Below, piece by piece: positions 60,404 through 64,000 of a stretch of DNA of 64,000 nt (positions are counted from its first letter, which is position 1; every line of letters begins with the position of its first letter). The stretch lies in IMG/VR virus record IMGVR_UViG_3300025732_000016; one strand, 5' to 3'. The notes beneath the pieces are model-generated. The model made no database searches and was not told where the DNA came from. It was given only the letters and a program-made list of their open reading frames with translations. Both the position numbers and the translations under genes were made by a program. Source of the stretch: a virus (lineage: Duplodnaviria; Caudoviricetes).

Positions 60404-61073
60404 TCCTTGTTTCATCAAATCCGGTGAGATTGTCACAATAGACGACCCACGTTTAAGTGACACTGATTGCGTGATAGAGGCGGGCGTCATCATTCGTCCG
60501 CCCGCAGACGAGACAACAGTCAAGGAAGTCGAGAAACATGTTGAGGAGAAGACAGAGGTCAAGGAGATAAAGCACACTGTCAAGAAGAGGGTGGAACTAC
60601 CCTTAGAACCAGAGCCTCCTCCCGCTGTAGTTGAGACTCCTCCAGTCAAGACTGTTGTTACAAATCCGACAACAGTCTCTACAGCAGCAACAGCGGTTCC
60701 TGCCCCTGCTCCAAAGGAAGAAATTTACTTTGGGATGTCACCTGAAATGGCGACTGTTGCAGCAGTTGGCACAATCGCTGCAGTGGGTGGTGCGGTCGCA
60801 GCTTCAACGATGGGAGGTTTCAGTGCTGTTCAAGCAAAGCTCGCTTCGATCTTTGGTTCAAAAGCTGCTGCAACTGCTACAGCGGCGGTCGCAGTGACGG
60901 CGGGAACCATCGCCGCCGTGAAGGCCCTCGAGGGAAAGGTGGGCAAGTTCGAGGAGGACATGAAGAAGGCGAAGGAGGAGGTCGGTGGTGCAGCCTCTTC
61001 AATCGACCGGATCGATGCCCTACTGAGCCGGCTTGGCGGCGACAACGACGACGAACTCGACCCTTCGGTTTAG
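60396..61073 (+). CDS. Membrane-associated hypothetical protein
   Basis: Start re-called at 'MADPC' (60396). Pro/Thr linker, two Ala-rich hydrophobic segments, C-terminal coiled coil. Confidence 0.6.
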   Translation: MADPCFIKSGEIVTIDDPRLSDTDCVIEAGVIIRPPADETTVKEVEKHVEEKTEVKEIKHTVKKRVELPLEPEPPPAVVETPPVKTVVTNPTTVSTAATAVPAPAPKEEIYFGMSPEMATVAAVGTIAAVGGAVAASTMGGFSAVQAKLASIFGSKAAATATAAVAVTAGTIAAVKALEGKVGKFEEDMKKAKEEVGGAASSIDRIDALLSRLGGDNDDELDPSV

Positions 61074-64000
61074 GGCCTGCCCCTCGGGAGTCCCGGAGGT
61101 GTCGAGCGGTGCCGTGTCTCCCTTACCCTCGATGGAGATGCGCCCCGCATCGACACCCTTGCCGATGAGGTAGTCAGCAGCGACCTTCGCTCTTTCCCGT
61201 GAGAGTTCCTCAGGGTGCTTGAACTCCATTTCCGAGGAGTCCGCGTATCCGACGACCTTCACGCCGTATCCCGGTCGAAGATTAAGGACCGTCCAGACAC
61301 CGTCGAGTGTCGCCCGGGCCTTAGTGTTGAGCTTCGTGTCGCCTGGAAGGAAACCGATTCCGACCTCCTGCTTCGGAGGTAAGGTGACATCAGGCTTCGC
61401 CGGGACTACTATCACGATGGGCTGGAGCGGTTCTTCCTGAACCTTACACTCACATGCGGTCTGGGGCGAAACTTCGGGAGTAGCGTCTTCCTCTTCCTCA
61501 TCTGAGGGACCGAAAGTAATCTGCATTGTTGCCTGCCAATCTCCATCGCCAGGTTGACGAATGACACCCTTGCTCAGTGCACCGCCAATCGAGAAGTTGC
61601 CGACAGTCCACTCCAGTGAAGACCCTATGAAGAGAGATGAGACAGGCGACTCTCCAAGGTTGTGAAACGCCTGCGAGTCTACTCCAATCGTGAAGTCGCC
61701 GACTGAATAAGATCCTGCCGCCGTGATGTAGGGCCCGGATCCAAGCTCGTATCCTTCGAGATCGACCTTCGGGTAGACCATGAAACCAGCCCCGAGGAGC
61801 CCCCCGACGTTACCGAACTGGGCCTCGGCTCCTGCTTCGAGTGTCGTTGCCCACCCAGGATGTGAGACACCGAGTCCTACTCCGGTGGGAGCAACCAACG
61901 ACACATCGCCGTAGGCTCCCAGGCCATCGACACTGAAGGCTTTCGAGTTCACGCGGAGACCGCCCCAGACATCACCGAGGCGAACTACTCCATCGTTAGC
62001 GATGGATGCTGGCACGCCGAAGTCGACAGAGAAGTGCTCGAAAGTGTAACGATTGGTCGTCCAGCCCCAGTAGACGTCATCGATGACCACGACCTCGTCA
62101 CCCTGCGGGTTGATGTAGGAGAGGGGATCGGTGACCACACCACCGACGATGGCAGTCTCATCTCCGAGGAACCTCGACTCACCCCTCGGTGGGAGGGGCA
62201 CCACACTCATCTCGGGGACCTCACCCCCAGAAGCTCCCATCAGGAGCGGGAATCCGAGGAGGAAAGAGAAGAGGCCCCTCCGCCTTGAGGCGAGCACCGC
62301 GCCGAGGGTCATGAGAATGAGGCTTCCGCTTCCACCGCCGCCGGTCGTGGAGCAACCGCCGCCCGGGACATATGACCCCTTCGGAGCGGGATTCTCGTCC
62401 GTGTCATCGACCGGTGGGGCGCCAGTCTCGTCGGCACTATCAACGGCTGAATCGGAACCGGTATCGATCGAGGTATCGTGGCCACTGTCGCCCGTGTCGA
62501 TCACCACACCGCTGTCACCAGAATCTCCTGTATCGATTGGCCTGTCATCGACAGGATCACATGCATCACCGACTCCGTCTCCATCAACGTCGGACTGGTC
62601 ATTGGAGAGACCTGGACAGTTGTCGGTCACATCGTCAGCCCCGTCTCCGTCGGCGTCTGGATCGCAGATATCACCAAGACCGTCTCCGTCGATGTCTGCT
62701 TGGTCGGAGTTGAAGGCATCCGAGCAGTTGTCAGATAGACCGCAGAGCCCGTCCTCATCAGCGTCGTTTGTCGCATCATCCGGACAGGCATCGACATCAC
62801 CACAGATTCCGTCGGCATCGATGTCGTTGTCAGCATCGAACTCGCATGGATCGGTGTCGGCACATGCTCCGTCACCATCGACATCGTCGCTTGGATCGAG
62901 CGGGCAGACGTCCAGTGATTCACAGGCTCCGTCGCCGTCCCGATCATCGAGGGAGTCATTGGGGCAGATGTCCTCGTCACCGCAGGTCCCGTCACCGTCG
63001 ATGTCGTTCAGCTCATCGAGCGGGCAGGTGTCACAGTCATCTGAGAGGCCGTCCTCGTCCGAATCTACCGTGTCATCAGCGCCCGGGCAGATATCTGCAG
63101 AATCGCAGGATCCGTCACCGTCGGAATCATCGGCTGAGTCCGCCGGGCAGGCATCGCAACCATTCGGGATGCCATCACTGTCAGTATCGAGTGTGTCATC
63201 AGCGCCCGGGCAGATATCGTCGGAGTCGCATGAACCATCCGCATCACTGTCACCGAGTGCATCGAATGGGCAGGTGTCGCAACCGTCGGGGGTGTAGTCA
63301 CCATCAGTGTCGATGCGGTCATCTGAGCCGGGGCAGATGTCGTTCTCAGCACAGACGCCATCGGAATCGGAGTCATTGTCTGCGTCATACTTGCAGGCAT
63401 CGCAACCATTCGGGATGCCATCTGAGTCGGAATCCACCAGGTCACTGTAGCCCTCGCAGACATCCACATCTCCGCAGACTCCGTCACCGTCAGCGTCATC
63501 GTATGGGTCTGACGGGCAAGAGTCGCAGCCATCTGGCGTGTAATCAGCGTCCGCATCAGCGAGGTCATCGTATCCTTCGCAGGCATCAACATCACCGCAG
63601 ACACCGTCGGCATCTGCGTCGTCATACGGATCGGATGGGCAGGAATCGGAGGAGTCTGGGATTCCGTCGCCGTCCGCATCCGGTTCAACAGGGGCTTCGG
63701 CGCAGTCCGTTGCAGCGGAGACCGCAGTCTCGTCAAGGGTGTAGATGACCCTGAATGTCTCGGACTGCCCAGGAGCCATATCACCGAGGCTCACCGCAAG
63801 CGAGATCGCCGCATCATCGGAGACCGAAGATCCCACTGTGGAGTAGAATCCTGAGCCGTTCCAGATGTCCGAGGCATCGGTGTTGAAGAACCCACCATGG
63901 GTGACCCTTGCACGACTGTCGGAGGCGATGAGGTAGAGATCCGCGCCATCTCCCCCGGTCGCCCTAACTGAGGCAAGATCGGTGGATGAGTCAGGTTGCG
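61020..64000 (-). CDS. Large surface protein (5'-truncated by the window): TSP3 repeats, DTG linker, internal MYXO-CTERM-like motif, beta-barrel-like region, OmpA C-terminal domain
   Basis: The frame is open to 64000. About 19 DxDxDG..D.C units; 'GGGCSTTGGGGSGSLILMTLGAVLASRRR'; amphipathic beta region; OmpA motifs 'V.VVGYAD', 'LS.ERA..AADYL..KGV...RI...GKG', 'ALNRRVEF'. Confidence 0.88.
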   Translation of the reverse strand, partial: QPDSSTDLASVRATGGDGADLYLIASDSRARVTHGGFFNTDASDIWNGSGFYSTVGSSVSDDAAISLAVSLGDMAPGQSETFRVIYTLDETAVSAATDCAEAPVEPDADGDGIPDSSDSCPSDPYDDADADGVCGDVDACEGYDDLADADADYTPDGCDSCPSDPYDDADGDGVCGDVDVCEGYSDLVDSDSDGIPNGCDACKYDADNDSDSDGVCAENDICPGSDDRIDTDGDYTPDGCDTCPFDALGDSDADGSCDSDDICPGADDTLDTDSDGIPNGCDACPADSADDSDGDGSCDSADICPGADDTVDSDEDGLSDDCDTCPLDELNDIDGDGTCGDEDICPNDSLDDRDGDGACESLDVCPLDPSDDVDGDGACADTDPCEFDADNDIDADGICGDVDACPDDATNDADEDGLCGLSDNCSDAFNSDQADIDGDGLGDICDPDADGDGADDVTDNCPGLSNDQSDVDGDGVGDACDPVDDRPIDTGDSGDSGVVIDTGDSGHDTSIDTGSDSAVDSADETGAPPVDDTDENPAPKGSYVPGGGCSTTGGGGSGSLILMTLGAVLASRRRGLFSFLLGFPLLMGASGGEVPEMSVVPLPPRGESRFLGDETAIVGGVVTDPLSYINPQGDEVVVIDDVYWGWTTNRYTFEHFSVDFGVPASIANDGVVRLGDVWGGLRVNSKAFSVDGLGAYGDVSLVAPTGVGLGVSHPGWATTLEAGAEAQFGNVGGLLGAGFMVYPKVDLEGYELGSGPYITAAGSYSVGDFTIGVDSQAFHNLGESPVSSLFIGSSLEWTVGNFSIGGALSKGVIRQPGDGDWQATMQITFGPSDEEEEDATPEVSPQTACECKVQEEPLQPIVIVVPAKPDVTLPPKQEVGIGFLPGDTKLNTKARATLDGVWTVLNLRPGYGVKVVGYADSSEMEFKHPEELSRERAKVAADYLIGKGVDAGRISIEGKGDTAPLDTSGTPEGQALNRRVEFVVVVAAKPAQ
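63070..63422. repeat. Exact DNA repeats within the TSP3 coding array
   Basis: 26-bp repeat at 63070..63095 and 63193..63218; 30-bp repeat at 63147..63176 and 63393..63422. Confidence 0.85.

Noticed and set aside
62560-63700. CRISPR-like repeats
   Set aside because: The repeats are in-frame TSP3 coding units with irregular spacing.
28294-63748. Long antisense ORFs (e.g. 28294..29199+, 39418..39864+, 44119..45162+, 47594..48478+, 52585..53295-, 58545..59360+, 62131..63297+, 62768..63748+)
   Set aside because: They are shadows of GC3-biased genes with clear family motifs on the other strand, and have no motifs of their own.
1-64000. Bacterial chromosome segment
   Set aside because: There are no ribosomal or housekeeping operons. 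tRNAs are interleaved with tiny hypotheticals, and fibre genes, an ATP-dependent ligase, a homing-like nuclease and a recurring phage-type promoter are present. A provirus or chimera cannot be fully excluded without the rest of the contig.
1-64000. Alternative genetic code (stop recoding)
   Set aside because: Conserved enzymes are full length in code 11, all three stops end genes, and no suppressor tRNA was found.

Overview
This window looks like part of a jumbo/huge tailed-phage genome, read with standard code 11 and mostly on the minus strand. It has no ribosomal-protein or core housekeeping operons, and many short hypothetical genes are interleaved with tRNAs. An internal MYXO-CTERM-like motif and DTG-repeat lipoproteins suggest a Myxococcota-like host (inference). 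Layout: (1) 1-17.3 kb, a glycan synthesis and tailoring cluster (glf, UDP-sugar dehydrogenase, gmd, fcl, carbamoyltransferase, methyltransferase, radical SAM, and GT2/GT4/GT6/GT11/HtrL-like transferases); (2) 17.4-21.4 kb, paralogous fibre-like virion proteins; (3) 21.4-30.6 kb, PhoH, a sigma-region-4 mini-protein, a histone-like protein, a degenerate GroEL and a YeaH-SpoVR-PrkA trio; (4) 30.6-41 kb, a DinG-like helicase, DNA methyltransferase, Hsp20, lysozyme-like protein, acyl-CoA dehydrogenase and small lipoproteins; (5) 41-50 kb, a tmRNA (tag ANNTDHFSEALAA), 19 tRNAs, two candidate structured ncRNAs, an ART-like protein, nucleases and thioredoxin; (6) 51-64 kb, a plus-strand three-nucleotidyltransferase module, MT-A70, ATP-dependent DNA ligase, membrane proteins and a large TSP3/MYXO-CTERM/beta-barrel/OmpA surface protein cut by the window edge. 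The most intriguing signals are a shared N-terminal leader (MRITESxLRxxIRE..L.E) on unrelated proteins, mostly behind an ATA(G/C)TTA promoter-like heptamer; the nucleotidyltransferase trio; and the TraA/TraB-like adhesin. All family assignments come from motifs recognised by eye. No database searches were run.
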